A DNA stretch of 64,000 bases, from the NCBI GenBank assembly GCA_012295275.1, contig CM022673.1:9300001-9364000 (forward strand), written 5' to 3'. Below, piece after piece: positions 41,349-56,377 of the stretch (positions are counted from its first letter, which is position 1; every line of letters begins with the position of its first letter). The notes below the pieces were generated by a model. The model ran no database searches, was not told the DNA's origin, and saw nothing but the letters and a program-made list of their open reading frames with translations. Origin of the DNA: Chrysomallon squamiferum. Taxonomy: Eukaryota > Animalia > Mollusca. The translations under genes were made by a program, and so were the position numbers.

Positions 41349-43365
41349 AGATTGGACAGTTTGTCATATACTGAGTTTTTTTTAATAAACAACAATGCTT
41401 CTGCGAGCCACACTCAGAATTAATTCATCTGATGTACGCAAAATGAGGAACCCTTCATGTATTAACAATATACAAGGTAAATCGTTTTTCTTTCTTTGTA
41501 TCCTTCTAAGTTTGAAAAGTATTTCCAAGAAAATTTAGAGGAACCTTAATTTTAGAAACTTAAAGAATAACGAAACGACACTTTAAAAATGAAAGTAAAT
41601 AAATAAATAAATAAATGTAATAATAGTAATAATAATAATAATAACAACAACAACAACAACAACATGCAAAAACATTGGTTTATCCAGTGACTCATGATTT
41701 TTGGTTCAACATATTGTGTTTAAAAAAAAAAAAAAATGTTAAAAAATTAACGATTCTGCTTGCAAATAAGTAGAAACTTTTTCGAAATGAAGCAGTCACG
41801 AACGAATGCAAAAACCCGCTGAAACGAAGGAATGATGGAAAATAAAAGAATTCAGGAAAGCACGAAGAAGAAATGAAGGAACGATGGACTGGAAGAAGGA
41901 AAAAATCATGGGAAGAAAATTTGGTTAATGAACTGATTAATATGTCATTGTTGAATTAACCAGCTTGTTGAACACGTTTGCTAACAGCCTTTCCTCTGAA
42001 ACTATATACCGAATTATCATGTAATTCATGGAGACGTAAATCATGTTTTGATTTGTTTTGGGATTTAAAAAAAATTAATAAAAATAGAAATAAAAATGAA
42101 ATAAAATGCTGTTGGGCAAAACGTGTTAGTACCTTACCAATAAAAGGAATCGAAGCATAAACATAAAAACAAGACCCGACTTGAGCTAATATTTCCTTAC
42201 TCTTTTATTATTTGTTGTTCAGCCTGTTACCACAGCCTTGTAGTTCCTTGCAATTATATATGAGTAAATTTTAATCTTAATTATGACGAAATTACGCATG
42301 TTTAAAATTGGGTTCGACATCTGGAAGTGTTTAACAATGATTCTTGTTTTGTTCGTGCTTGCATCCTCGATGACTAAATGCAGAAATAAAAGATGTATTT
42401 GTAAAACGAAGGCTGTTTAAGATATTCTAAACGAGTAACAGTTGTTTTGGACGTAACAAGAACAAGGTCCAGACTATAAATATTACGACCCTTTTCAGTG
42501 ACGTCATATAAGAAATTACCGCAGAGAACTGGAGCGTAAAATGTGTTGTGTAATGCGATTCGTGCTGTTTTTGATTATTTACTCAAAATTCTGGGTCCAT
42601 TACAGTATTAAACAATGCCGTGACGTTGTAATGTACCAAAACACCTTCTGCTTTGGTTCGCCATTTTGTGATATTTCCTCTGATGTCGTCATAGGTCTTG
42701 GACCAATAAGGGCAAACGATAAACTACACCGTAACAAAATCTACTTGAGATCGATTTTCTTTTCATGTTGAAGAAACCAGAATAAGATATATTATACGCT
42801 GTTGACATGGTGTTTGTATTTACATGGTAACCTATCCCAAGGTTAACCAACTGAATACGGTAACCAAATATTGACACTTAATCGTTAATGCGCATGTCAG
42901 TACAAAACACTCAAAAGTATCCATGTTTGATTCTGACACCATCACGTCACGCTAGGATTTAAGTAGACTGCAAAAGTCATTGAAACTACATCAAAAACAA
43001 TTATTTCAAACAAACATCAAAAAAAGAAATAACACTAGACATACCAATAATGTAAAACTGCTAAATTATTGTGTTTTTTTAATTATTATTATTATTCTTG
43101 TAATACATATTTTAAAGAGTCGTCTAATAAAATTATTATACTTTTCTAAAAGGTAACTCTGTACTAATTAAACAATTTTTCTTAGATAATAGCAAAACTT
43201 TGAAATTTCGGAAAAATATTTTATCACTTTTCTTTTAATATAAATCAAACAAAATTACAAATTGAAATAACGAGATTTTTTATCTGTAACACTACATGTC
43301 TGTAACTTAATTATTAAACTGATACAATTATTATAAGTCGAAAATGTCATATTGTTTTCTCGAAG

Positions 43366-43414
<49 letters not shown>

Positions 43415-44929
43415 TTTTTCCAAACGCAGAGAAATAAAGATTTGAAATTAACACGAAATCATCAAACAGCAAATTAAATGTAAAAATCGACTGTTCCCAT
43501 CACAAATGTTTAATCTATAACAACAACACAGATGTCAGATAGATAATCTGGTTATCTTTCGCAACTTATTATCTTTCGTAAATATTACGCAGAGCCGTAT
43601 CAGCAATGAATCAGAGAAATTCAGTTACTGTTCATTAAATTTTTTTTCAATGCAAAATATAATATACGTTTTGTCATGCTTCCAACCATGACCAAGGTAA
43701 ACTGGCTAAAGTCAAGCTGTGGCAGCAATAATCGACGTGTGATGAATGCAGAGACCTTGAAGAACCCAAACTAAACACAGAAATCAGACTAATCGAGTGA
43801 GCAGTCTTGCATGTTGCTTCATCAACGTCCGAGCGATATTGGAATCTGTCTTCGCCCCGGAGGCTGCCTATTAATTTAAGAGTGCAGTAAAAAAATGTAC
43901 ACAGCTTGTGACAGTCAGACCAGAAATATCGAAAACTAATAAAGTCGGACTACGAAATGTATGGAAATATAAAGATGGGAGATTGATGTTGGGGGGGGGT
44001 TTTTTTTTTTTTTTTTTTTTTTTTTGTGTCGTTGTTGTTTTTACCTTTCACTGCATCTCTGTCTTTCTTTCTGTTTCTTTATCTACATCTGTCTGTGTAT
44101 CTCTTTCTGTGTTATCTTTATCTCTATCTTTTTCACTCTATTTCTGTAATATAACTTTCGGTATCTACTTCTCTCTTTCTCGCACCCTCTCTCTGTATCT
44201 GTCTGTCTCTCTCTCTCTGTTGAAATAAACTTCACCATATCTCTCTTTCACACACGCATAACACACACACACACGCATACAAACACATATACCATACACC
44301 CAGATACAGAGCACACACACACACATATACATACACACACACACACAGACAAAAACACGCATACACACACCTGCATTTATAGACACACAGACACATTTTT
44401 AAATTTTTGTCGGGGTTTTGTTTTTATTTTTTATTTATCTTCTTGAGTGTTTTGTGTCTTCCTTGTACTTGATCATGATGATGACGATGTTGATTTTGAC
44501 CGAATATTTATATATTTTTATGGCTGCTGAAGTTGTTGTTTTAGTTACTTTTCTTTAATACTACCAACAACATAGAATCAAAGTCGTCCTTTGTTGTATG
44601 TGATGATTGAAAATTACAAGGATACTTCATGGGATTCAGCAAAGAACGTAATGAAATGAACCAAATGCTTTATCGATATCACACATTTTATAATTAACTT
44701 AGATTGAGAAATAAACTTTCTTTTATAATAATGAAATGGAGTTAAAAAACCTACCGCCATAACATGAGTTGTTCTTTTTGATAATATCGCGATTATACTT
44801 TTTTTTTATTTTTTTTTTTTTAAAAATATCTAAAAAAAAAATCCCTGGTTACATCTGAATGGTTGGTTGCTGATAACAGTTATAGGGTTTGATTAAACAA
44901 CTATTTTAATTATAATTAACTCAAAACAA

Positions 44930-44969
<40 letters not shown>

Positions 44970-44994
44970 CAAATGGTTCTTTCATTTCTTATGT

Positions 44995-45305
44995 AACGTG
45001 TCGCAGGATCAGTTTTCCTCGATATTTTTTTTTCCTGTTCCACTACTGCTCCACAACTGGCTTATCGAATGCAATGGTATATATTTTTTTTTCTGGTCAA
45101 GGAATCTCTGTATAAAAGATTCCTCGCTGTTAAGTGATAATTTTAATCTACAGCATCCTGGCAATAAACTTTTTTTCTGTTTCTCTCTCTCTCGTTTCAG
45201 CAGCATGTAAGAAAACATATGATTCGTTACCTAATGTCCTTTACAGTTAGAAAAAAAGAAAAAAAACAAGCTTTAAGTGTCATTAAATACTCATTAATTT
45301 CCATT
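44995..45305 (+). mobile_element. Decayed tRNA-derived SINE copy
   Basis: gtcgcaggatcagt (degenerate B-box), cctgttccactactgctccacaactgg, tataaaagattcctcgctgttaa and tail gtgtcattaaatactcatt. Block order is colinear with the copies at 60.3 and 62.8 kb. Confidence 0.55.
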
Positions 45306-45587
45306 TAATTTCCACGTAAACATGTGATGCATTCACAGCCATTTTGTGCAAACATCATAGCATATCGTATTTCTATGTAATTGTACAGCTTATGTGTATG
45401 ATTCATTCGAACTGTCAGTCGATGTGGAGAAAATATAAATTGCATCTTGAAAAAAAAAACACACCACCAAACTTTGATGTCATCGATTGTCACAAAACAA
45501 GCTGATAATGAGTACATTAAAAGAAACAATGTGAATGGGCGATACTTAACGGAATACGCTTACAGAGGACGGTAATCGTGCGCGAAT

Positions 45588-45616
45588 CACGCGAGAAACA
45601 CGTGCGCACGCACGTG
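45588..45616. promoter_or_regulatory. Tandem canonical E-boxes (CACGTG-N6-CACGTG) plus CACGCG
   Basis: cacgcg at 45588, cacgtg at 45599-45604 and 45611-45616. Confidence 0.4.
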
Positions 45617-46634
45617 AAGCATGAATTCAAATACAGTAAAAACACACACACATATTTATTAACATGTACAGCTATTGTTTTTGTACATAGCTAAACTTGT
45701 ATTTTATATCTGGCATAATAAATTCGCTCCATTAGATTTCTGAAAACCCTTGATCCGCCCAATGTAAATTAATTTCACAGTTAATTCTAAAGCATTTCAA
45801 ATATCACGAAATTACTAGATATATTTGATTTTTCTTCTTCTCCTTTTTTTTTTTTTTTTTTTTTTTCTTTTGTGGAACGAAATTTAACAAGGTCCATGTT
45901 TGAAACTGTGGATTTTTTCTGATATTCGATTTTAATCAAAAGAAATAGTTCGAACGAAGAGAGAGAGGAGAAGAAAAAGCGAGAGAGAAAGAGAGAGAGA
46001 AGGGGACATATAAAGAGTATGCGTGTATGTGTGTGTGAATTTGTGTGTTTGTGCGTGCGCGTGTGAGTGTATGTATGTATGAGTGTGTGTAAAGAAAAGA
46101 TACAGAAACTCTGTAATTTTCAGAGAAAGCTAAAAACAGGCAGAGACATAAATGTTTTAATATTTCTCTGACAAAAAAATTTACATTTTCAACAATATTA
46201 ACCATAGAAATGATCTCTGAACACCGATTATGTAAATTGCAATGTATACATACGTGTTTGGTCACGAAAAATGTTTCTGTATATTGGAACAATAAATGCC
46301 ATAATTAACATTTATAATCAGAAATTAGTATCTCGAAATGACAATCTGTGTCTGCTCTATATTGAATGGGCAATGTTAATGAACTTTAACTAAATAACCA
46401 GCAGAATGCGAATGTTATGCTTTTTAAGATAATTATTATTCAAATTAATTTGAGCGTGAAAATTTTCATTAAAACTAAAAGGCGTAACAGCGAGAAAAAT
46501 AAAAATTTTAATTACAAACATCTGTTTATATACAAAAGAATAATTAAAATAAATTATGTGAAATGTACTTTACGGGACATAGACAGAAAAAGTGAGAGAA
46601 AAAGAGAAAGATAGGAAGAGACGGAGAGACAGAC

Positions 46635-47000
<366 letters not shown>

Positions 47001-47620
47001 CGTCACTTCACTAATCGTTTTTCACTAGGCTAGTCGTATTGACAAGCAGTTAGGAATCTTTAACAAATTTTTTTTTTTAATCATAGACTATTGGTTGATA
47101 TGGGAAGATTGTAATGAGGTCTATTCCTACGTAAATCTGTTTTGGAATAACGAAAACTTTGACATCAAGTCCGCGTTTGTTGTTTTATTTTCATGCCAAA
47201 ATTTGTATGCTGTTTCATGCATCCCCCCCACCCCTAAAGGACTTGATTCAAAAGATAAGATTAAGATTTTAAAGCTTATTATCCAAGTTAATAACGAAGT
47301 TCATTATACGTACATAAAGGCCACGCCTTCTTTTGTCACGTTACGTAACACTGATAACACGTGTTCAGACGAAAACATTGACTGACAGGAGTCAAATTCA
47401 AAGTGAAATAGAGCGTATGACGTAACAATATCAGGTCAGTGTTAAATGTGACCCGCAGTTTGTGTAAAATTTGTTAGTGAAATATTGTTTTTTCTTTGTA
47501 GCGTGCTTTAAAAGAAAAATAATGTCTAGCGGATTTTGTAACAAGAAATTTCAAAAAAAGTTTATTTTTATAATAAATCTAAGTAAATTGAAAGTTGTAT
47601 TTAGATTGCAGTTCAATTTA

Positions 47621-47630
<10 letters not shown>

Positions 47631-47688
<58 letters not shown>
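47631..47688. repeat. (CA)n microsatellite
   Basis: Direct observation. Confidence 0.97.
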
Positions 47689-47689
<1 letters not shown>

Positions 47690-48885
47690 ATAGTAAGAAA
47701 CTGATATAAAATCAGGTTTTATAAGATGTAAATCTAATAAATTAACAAATATAATTATTTTACTCCGATGCTGCTGTCGTTGTTGTTTTGGTTGTTGTGG
47801 TTGTTTTTGTTTGTCTGTGGTTTTATTGTTGTTGTTGGTAAGGGGTTTGTTGTTTGCAATTGTCTGATTTTCTGTTGTTGTTGTTGTTGTGGATTTTTTT
47901 AATAAAATTTTGCTATTCTTTAGCTCTTTGCAGGTTTTTGTAAAACACATCGCTTTGCAAAGTCATAGTATTGAAACACTGAAGTCTTAAAAGCAAAAAC
48001 AATGTTGAAAACATAAACATTTGTTTCTATTTCTATTTCTAATGCTTACCTAAGTACTAATTGCCAAAAAAATAAAATCAGAAAAAGTCAAACATTTATA
48101 CTGAACAAGGTTTTCGATTTAATATAATTACTGCATATAATAATGCTCTTATGTCGACTTACGAATATAAGTAATAAAACATTATTAACCTGACATCAAT
48201 TAACCAATATAATTTTTCAAAATAATAAATTAATTCGTAGAAATTAAAAAATGATTTTCCAAAATTTCTATTAACTAACGTGATGAAAAACATGCTTATT
48301 AAGAATTAGATAACTGAAATGCCCTCTTTGAAAAAAAAAAAAAAAATTATTTTACCAAAATAATCTGAAATTTTAGCCGAAATAAAAAAAAAAAAAAAAA
48401 AAATAACTGGAAATGTATTTTTGATAATTATAACTTCATTTTCATCATATTAGTCGGAAGTTTCTCAATAACACTTCATTATAGTCATAACTGCATGAAG
48501 ATTGTTCACACTAATTCAGTTTTTCATTAAAGTGGTAAATGATATTTATAACATCTGGGTAACTCAGTTGGAAATATAAAGTTTTTAGCCTACCAACAAA
48601 ATGCGAAATATATTTTTAACATAGTTTTTATGTACGTATGTATGTATGTATTTATGTATGTTTGTATCTATATACATGTATTTATTTATTTATTTATTTA
48701 TTTATTTATTTGTATGTCAATAATGATAATAATAATTTAATATAAATACACGAGCTGAACAATTAGCACAACACACTTTTTAAATAAGTCTCCATTTAAT
48801 TATCTGTCGAATCGCTTAAAAGTCTTTTTTTGTTACATTTTGCTTTAAAATTTGATTTTGAAGTTTCTATTTTCTTTTTTCTTTA

Positions 48886-48908
48886 ATTATTATTATTATT
48901 ATTATTAT

Positions 48909-48967
<59 letters not shown>
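48886..48967. repeat. (TTA)n-(GTA)n compound microsatellite
   Basis: Direct observation. Confidence 0.96.
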
Positions 48968-49157
48968 TTTGGTAGGATTTGTTTTATTTTTGTCTGTTTG
49001 TTGCTGGGGTTGTTCGTTTATTTTATATTTACCAGCAGAATCGAATTTTAAGAGTCCAATAGTCAATTACAAAAAGGAAAATAATAAAAGAAAAAAGAAA
49101 AAAAAAGAAAAAGAATAAAAAAAAAAATTCTTCCCTGTTTAAAAACAAATAATAAAC

Positions 49158-49159
<2 letters not shown>

Positions 49160-49207
<48 letters not shown>

Positions 49208-49231
49208 CATAATAATAATAATAATAATAAC

Positions 49232-49262
<31 letters not shown>

Positions 49263-49263
49263 A
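49160..49263. repeat. (AAT)n-(AAAT)n microsatellite
   Basis: Direct observation. Confidence 0.96.
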
Positions 49264-49677
49264 TCTATAATATGTTTCGCAACACATCAAATAATTCAGA
49301 AAATCAAATTAGAAATCTTTGACTCGTAATAAAAGATATTTTTCAGTATTTTAAATTTCCTTTAGGAAAACAAAAATGTTTTACATGTTGCACGATAACA
49401 TAACTCACTTAAGTACGCCATCAACATAGTGGTCATTAATAATGGAAAATTAATAATAATACAGTTAGTACCCAGATGTCGCAGTAGTTCTTGTTTTTGT
49501 TGTTAAACGTTGATGAGTTTGGAAGAAAACATCAAAGACATATATATTTATTTGTTGATTATGTACGGATATTAAAAAGTTATTAATAATAGGTAATTTT
49601 GTACGTATGTTTTAATGTGCTAATTTGCATTTCATGACAACATATTTTATCAAATTAATTACTGTAATGATTATTAA

Positions 49678-49716
<39 letters not shown>

Positions 49717-51487
49717 CATACACACATACACACATACACACATACACACAGGCGCGCGCAAGCCTTTACTTACACGTATGTAAGCGTATATTTATTTTTG
49801 TATGTAATAAACAAAAATACGAATAAAGTAAATCAGATACATTTTTATTTCACAATCTCCATGATATCTTATCTTATAATGTTTATATATGTAATTCTAA
49901 ATTTTATACGGAAACTCCATTACCTCAGGCTTTTAAAATCTTTAATTCTTATATATATATATATATATATATATATACTTAAATAATATTTAAATATATA
50001 TATATATATATATATATACTTAAATAATATTTAAACTAAGTAAATCACACATACTTCCATGATTCCAAGCAGTGTCTGTAATTTGTTCAAAATTGTTTTT
50101 AAATTGTTTACCTACATACCTATACATACACACGAAAAAAACATATGCATATATTCAGTGTTGAATGCATTTATATCTCTATGTATGTATGTGAGGTGTA
50201 TATACTATTTTATATGGATATGTATATATGTATGTTATGAGTAGATGATTTGTATTTGTTTATTTGATTTTATTTAAACTTATTTTTAAATTTCCCATTG
50301 TAATTTTGAATTTTATGTACCTATTCCTGTTACTGATGTATTTTAAATTGTTCTTTTAAATTATTAGATTAAATTTAAATTTTATATTAACTAATAAGTG
50401 GACATTAATGATGTTGTAAAACAAATGTTTAAATAAATAACTAAAGACAGTATTATTAGAGAAATACAGTCTGACAAAAACAGAAAAGTTAAATAAACAG
50501 AATGTTAATTTTAGATACAAATTAAATTTAAAGTAATACGTTTTATTTTATATATAGAAGGCTTAATAATATTTTTCTTTTAAAATGTATCTTTCAAATG
50601 ATATAATTATGAAATTTTAATCAGAAATGAAGATAAGAGTATATTATTAACAGAAATAAAAGATAACGACAAATTTCATAAGTATATCAAAACGTTTTTA
50701 TATTTACTTTATGATTACATTTTTATCTTTAATTATAAATTCCATACTGAAGCCTGGCTGTGGATTTGTCTTTTAATATATTCTCTAGCAGATATTTATT
50801 AGCATTGTAACAGCTATTGTACTAAACATTTTCTCTAACCTTACCTGAGTATGAGTGTGTAAGATTTTACACAGATAAAGACACAAAATTTACTAACAAC
50901 AATCAAAAACATTTACTAATATTATTAATATACTTTTTTTTATTAAAACAAAATCCTACTTAAAAACATATCACATTGCTAGTCTTAATTAATAATTATT
51001 TAAAATATTATTAAAGAAATATTCAACCCCAAGCATTCATTACTTTTGAGCTATTGCAATCAGTTAGTATTAAACCAGAAATTTTTACAGATGTGTACAT
51101 CATACATACGATACGGCCGTCCCTTATAATAGTCCATTGTCGAGTCGCATATTAGAGAAACAATACGAAACTTTGGCACTGCATTTTACCATTCATTACA
51201 CAGTGTACCGCGTGGCTTAGCCTTTTCATTACGTGACATACACTGCTGTGTCACAGTGCCCTGTGACATTCCTTACCACGACACATACCGTACTGTATAC
51301 TGTATAATTCCTCGCAATACTTTTTTCATATGCCATTTCATACGGTCCTTACCATAACTTACGCTACCATATTAATGTGTTTAGAATTATCCCTTCCCAA
51401 AAGTTAAAGTACCATTTCTTCCAGCTTTATATGGTTTCTTGTCTCATCAGTTATGTATCATTTCAATGTTTTATATTATTCCTTGTC

Positions 51488-51524
<37 letters not shown>

Positions 51525-52159
51525 TATCTGTAACATATCTTATCGTCTGGTATTATTCCTGTAATATCGCAGTTTTCTATTCCTCACCGTAATATACGAC
51601 ATTGCGTTATATGGTCCTATAAATAGTATTCCTTGCCATTGCGTAACGTTATTATGACGTATCGTCGTAAATTATTCATTGTCATAACCTACGATATGAT
51701 GACGTATTTGGCGAATGTCATTTACTGGCGTAATGTATAACATCATGGTTTTGTGATCAATGTGGTTCTTTGCCCCAAGATGCTATATCATGTTTTTATG
51801 TTCTTTATTATCCATTTTTTAACATCATGTAAAATTGTCCGATATGTTTTCACACCGTAGCTTATTACAAGACTCTATAGCATTCATTGTTGTAAAAAAC
51901 AAAATATACTATACATATTAATCCACGGTACTTCATACCATACGACGCATTACTGTAATATGCCATATCAAGACTTATCTGTTTTTCTATTTCTTGAAAC
52001 CATGCAACACATTATTCAAATAACTAAATAATTCAGCTATTCAGTTCTTCATTCTTTTCTTCACCATCTTTAAGAAGATTTTCATGTCTGGCTACCAAAA
52101 AATCACATTTTGCTAACAAAATGCAATGTTTATATTGCAAAATTACGACTCTCTGTTCT

Positions 52160-52545
52160 TAACATAACAGATGTCGTTGCCAAAATATTACTTACGATTG
52201 TCAGTATATTAGGTGCAGTTATCAGAATACTGCGTTTCAGAGCTAAACTAATAAGTACCACTGAAAAATAATGTATACTATTCAAAAATATTACGTAACA
52301 GATGATATTACCATAATAAAACATATTACTGTCGACAGAATAGGTATCTTTAATACAACTGGACATATTGCAGTCAACCTAACAGATGTCTATATTCAGA
52401 TCTGACATATTACCGTCAACATAACAAGTGTCATCATCAAAATATCGCATGTTACTGTCAACATATTAACTGCCATTATTGCAGGTTTGACATATTACTG
52501 TCAACATCGTAGGTGTCGCTGTCAAAATATCGCATTCAGTGTCAC
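52160..52545. repeat. Decayed ~42-bp (2 x 21) minisatellite
   Basis: catattactgtcaac variants at 52322, 52364, 52406, 52448 and 52491, with weaker half-period echoes. Confidence 0.75.
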
Positions 52546-53967
52546 GTTAAAATATGATAACCAAAATATTAATTAAGTGCAACCAGATATCACACGTTAT
52601 TGTACTCACAATAATGATAAAAATCACTGAAGAAGAGAACAATACTGTGCGTATCGTTTCAAATATATCAGGTATCATCTTCAAAGCTCAAAGAAGTGAA
52701 AACTGACTCGGAAGGAAGGAAAGAAAGAAACTGATGGAAATTTAAGTCTATCTAGATCGCAAGTCGGAGGAAAATATATTTGTTTGGTTATTGTTTGTAA
52801 CAGTTGTTTGTATCCACTGGCACCGCCCTAGGTTCCACGTTTAAAAGGGTTAATTAGTGTGTAAAGAACTCTTCAGTCGTTTTAGAAGATGAGTTAAAGC
52901 ATCAGCTCGCTCGTGTTACATTTATTTTGTGACCAGCTGTAGGCAAATGAGTTACAAGCTGGTCACGTGGTTGATCATGTACCGCGTTCAAATGGTAGGG
53001 TAATGAATACGTTTTATGAGAACGTTTCTTTAAAATGGACAACGCTTTCTTTGTAGTTTGTAAAATGTTTGGACGGCATAGAAATAATTAGAAGATGTAC
53101 GTTAATTCACTTTTTTTTTTTTTTTTTTTTAAATGAGAATAATTAAAATTAATGTATAGAGATGAACTGGGATTTTAAATAATAACAAATATAATACATG
53201 TATATCGTTGTTTTCTTCTTCTTTTTTTTTTTTTATTCCCAGTGATTTTTTCTGCAAAAAAAAAAAAAGAAAAAAAAAATGAATTAAAAAATATTATGTT
53301 TTTTTTTTTTTTTTGAAGGTAACAGAAACACAAGCCTACATCTGTCACTACATGGATACATTATACGACAGCAAGACAAATGAAACGTTATTTATTAGCT
53401 TGAAAACAAAATTTAATACACGGAACCAGAGAGAACGCATCCTACGCACTTATTCCTCATTTTTTATTTTTTATTTTTTTTTTTATTTATTATTATTATT
53501 TTTTTTTTTTTTTTTTTTTTATTTTTACGTGTATATGTGTGTGTTTGTGTGCTTGCACGTGTTTGTGTCCGTTGTTGTTGTTGTTGTTTTTGTTGTTGTT
53601 GCATTTTTTATAATGCAAGTTCCATCATCTTGATAATTATATCCATCGCAGAGACACCCTTCTGAAACTCTGTACGAATCCCTGAAAGTAATATTACTGA
53701 AACATAACTTGACTTTGATGTACATTTGAAAAAAAAAAAAAAAATAATCTTTTCGAGGCTTAGATGTAACTGACAGACTTGTAATGAAAAATTAATGAAA
53801 TTCATAGTATAAAAACATAATAAAAAGATAGACAGACAGGCAGACAGACAGACAGACAGACAGACAAACATATAAATACAGAACAACAGCCACTGAAGAT
53901 TCAAAGCATGGGAGCTTAGTATTTCAGTAATAAGTGAATAGTTAGAGGTAAGGGAGAGGGTAAGATG

Positions 53968-53989
53968 AATAATAATAATAATAATAATA

Positions 53990-54036
<47 letters not shown>

Positions 54037-54100
54037 AATAATAATGAGAGCAACAACAGCAACAACAAATATAAAAATAATAATAATAATAATAACAGTA
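53968..54100. repeat. (AAT)n-(GAT)n compound microsatellite
   Basis: Direct observation. Confidence 0.95.
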
Positions 54101-54549
54101 ATTTAAAAATATTAATAAAAAATATTTTTAAAAATATTAATCGGGTGTTTAATTAAGCAGTACAGATATTATGAAAGCGTAATTCAAACCACATGTCCAG
54201 TTTTCTGTGTTGTTCTCTGAGATCAAAGCTTTCGATTAATTGAAATCTACCGAACCCTTTTTATTCATTTAGTGCACCGCAGTTCTGAGAAATACCAGAT
54301 CCTTGTAATCAGAACAAAAAAATAATTCAGGACCTGATCAAAAACTTTTTTTTTGCAGGGTGGGGATCAGAAGTTCCCAACCCCCCAAGACAGATATTTT
54401 TTTCTGAATAAACTGAGTATAAATACTTATATTAAGGTAAACAAGAATTTATAAAAATAAAAAAGTTATTAGAAAATTAAGCCTTTAAATGAAAAAAGAT
54501 TATGGAAAAAAAGATTATGGATGATACTACAGAGAATCTGGACTTTCTA

Positions 54550-54852
54550 TTACTAACTACTACTACTACTACTAGTTTTCAGTGCTTTTGAGACTATTTC
54601 TCCAATTGCTACCACGTCAACTACTTTTGAGACTGCTTCTACTACCACTACTATTACAACTTCTTTTCAGTGCTCCTGTTATTGCTATAACAACTACTTT
54701 TGAGTCTATTTCACCAATTACTACTACAACACCTACTTTTGAGACTGTTTCAACTGTTACTACCACGACAGCTACTACTACTAAGACAACTACTTTTGAT
54801 AGTGCTTCTTCTGTTTCTACCACCACCACTACTACTACTACTGCTACTACAA
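54550..54852. repeat. Cryptic (ACT)-derived repeat with recurring actacttttgagac unit
   Basis: The motif recurs about five times between 54585 and 54800. Confidence 0.75.
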
Positions 54853-55156
54853 TCCTCATTAATTCCTTCATCATCATTGCTTAATGCGGTTATTATTTTC
54901 AAGATGAATGAAATTTCATTATAAAGAGTAACACCACCAGTAATAACAATGATTTAATGAACAAACGAACGAACGAACGAACGAATGAATGAACGAATGA
55001 ATGAATAAATGAATAAATAAATAACAGGGATCACAAAAGAGAGAAGAGAAAAAAGAAAGAAAAAAAGATCGGATGAGGTCATTAGGTGCGCAATTCCACA
55101 CCTACGGTATTTCCTACCTCGTTCTTTGAAAAATAATAAAACATTATATCCTTGTT

Positions 55157-55192
<36 letters not shown>

Positions 55193-55811
55193 CAGAATAC
55201 AGTTCGGATTGTACTGTTCTCTCAGCTGCCTAGATCTATTTCATTCTCATTTGCAAACTTTAAACCTAATACGACATACAACAATAATAATAATAATAAT
55301 AAAAAGCTAGGAAAAAAAAGATACGGAAACAGAAATATGTTGCCAAATTCACGGTAGGAGATTGGAATTCCTTTGATGTGTCAAGATCTTGTTCGCCATG
55401 CGCTGGTTAATTTCAATGAAATCGATTTCTTTCTGGATTACGTGATGGTATTCTAAGTGCAGGAAAGTGAGGAAATAAAAAAATATACATATATATCTAA
55501 ATGAACCTGTTTTCCCGTAATGCAGATTTTGTATTTCTTTTTTTTTTTTTTTTTTCTTCCGATGATCTACTGCAAAATCTTTAACATAAGTTATCTTTTT
55601 TCGCATCGCAGGTGTCACGTGACCAGACCTTCAGCTGTCAATCAGGCAGCAAATGCAGACGTATCGACGTTTTATTGTTGTTTTTCAAGCCTTCTATTGA
55701 TGATATTATCAATATGGTTTTTATTGTAAAAATTAAGCCTCTTGAGTACTTAGAGAGAGTCAGTCCCAAATCAGTGTTTTCAACAATCTATAGATTTTAT
55801 TTTATTATTAT

Positions 55812-55851
<40 letters not shown>

Positions 55852-56105
55852 CGTTTTCTATGCCTTGGTATAATTACTGAAATATCTTGCTGTTAAAATA
55901 ATGACGTCATGTCTTGCAGCATTCTAAAATTGTATTGATCTAAATCAGGTGTATGAAATTATTTCTCTTGTGTTTCTTGTGTAATTTAATTAAGTGCAAC
56001 ATTTTTATATGCATTTGTTATATATATATATGTAAATGTGTGTGTCTGTGTATGTGTTTTATGTACATATGTCTTGATCATGATGGAAAAAAAAAAATAG
56101 TCGAA

Positions 56106-56121
56106 CACACACACACACACT

Positions 56122-56186
<65 letters not shown>
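56106..56186. repeat. (CA)n microsatellite
   Basis: Direct observation. Confidence 0.97.
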
Positions 56187-56189
<3 letters not shown>

Positions 56190-56340
56190 CAAACACACAG
56201 TCCACACATTAGCACCAAATGCACAATAATCAAATCAGACCTAATTTTAAAATGTTCTAAATAATTCAAAAAAACCAATCAGATATTTTAGTGATCCATT
56301 AATTTAAACATTTTAAAGGCTTTTCTTTTCTTTTCTTCTC

Positions 56341-56377
<37 letters not shown>

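Noticed and set aside
54582-54884. Thr/Ser-rich mucin-like ORF
   Set aside because: It arises from a cryptic (ACT)n repeat, has no ATG start, and shows no clear splice signals.
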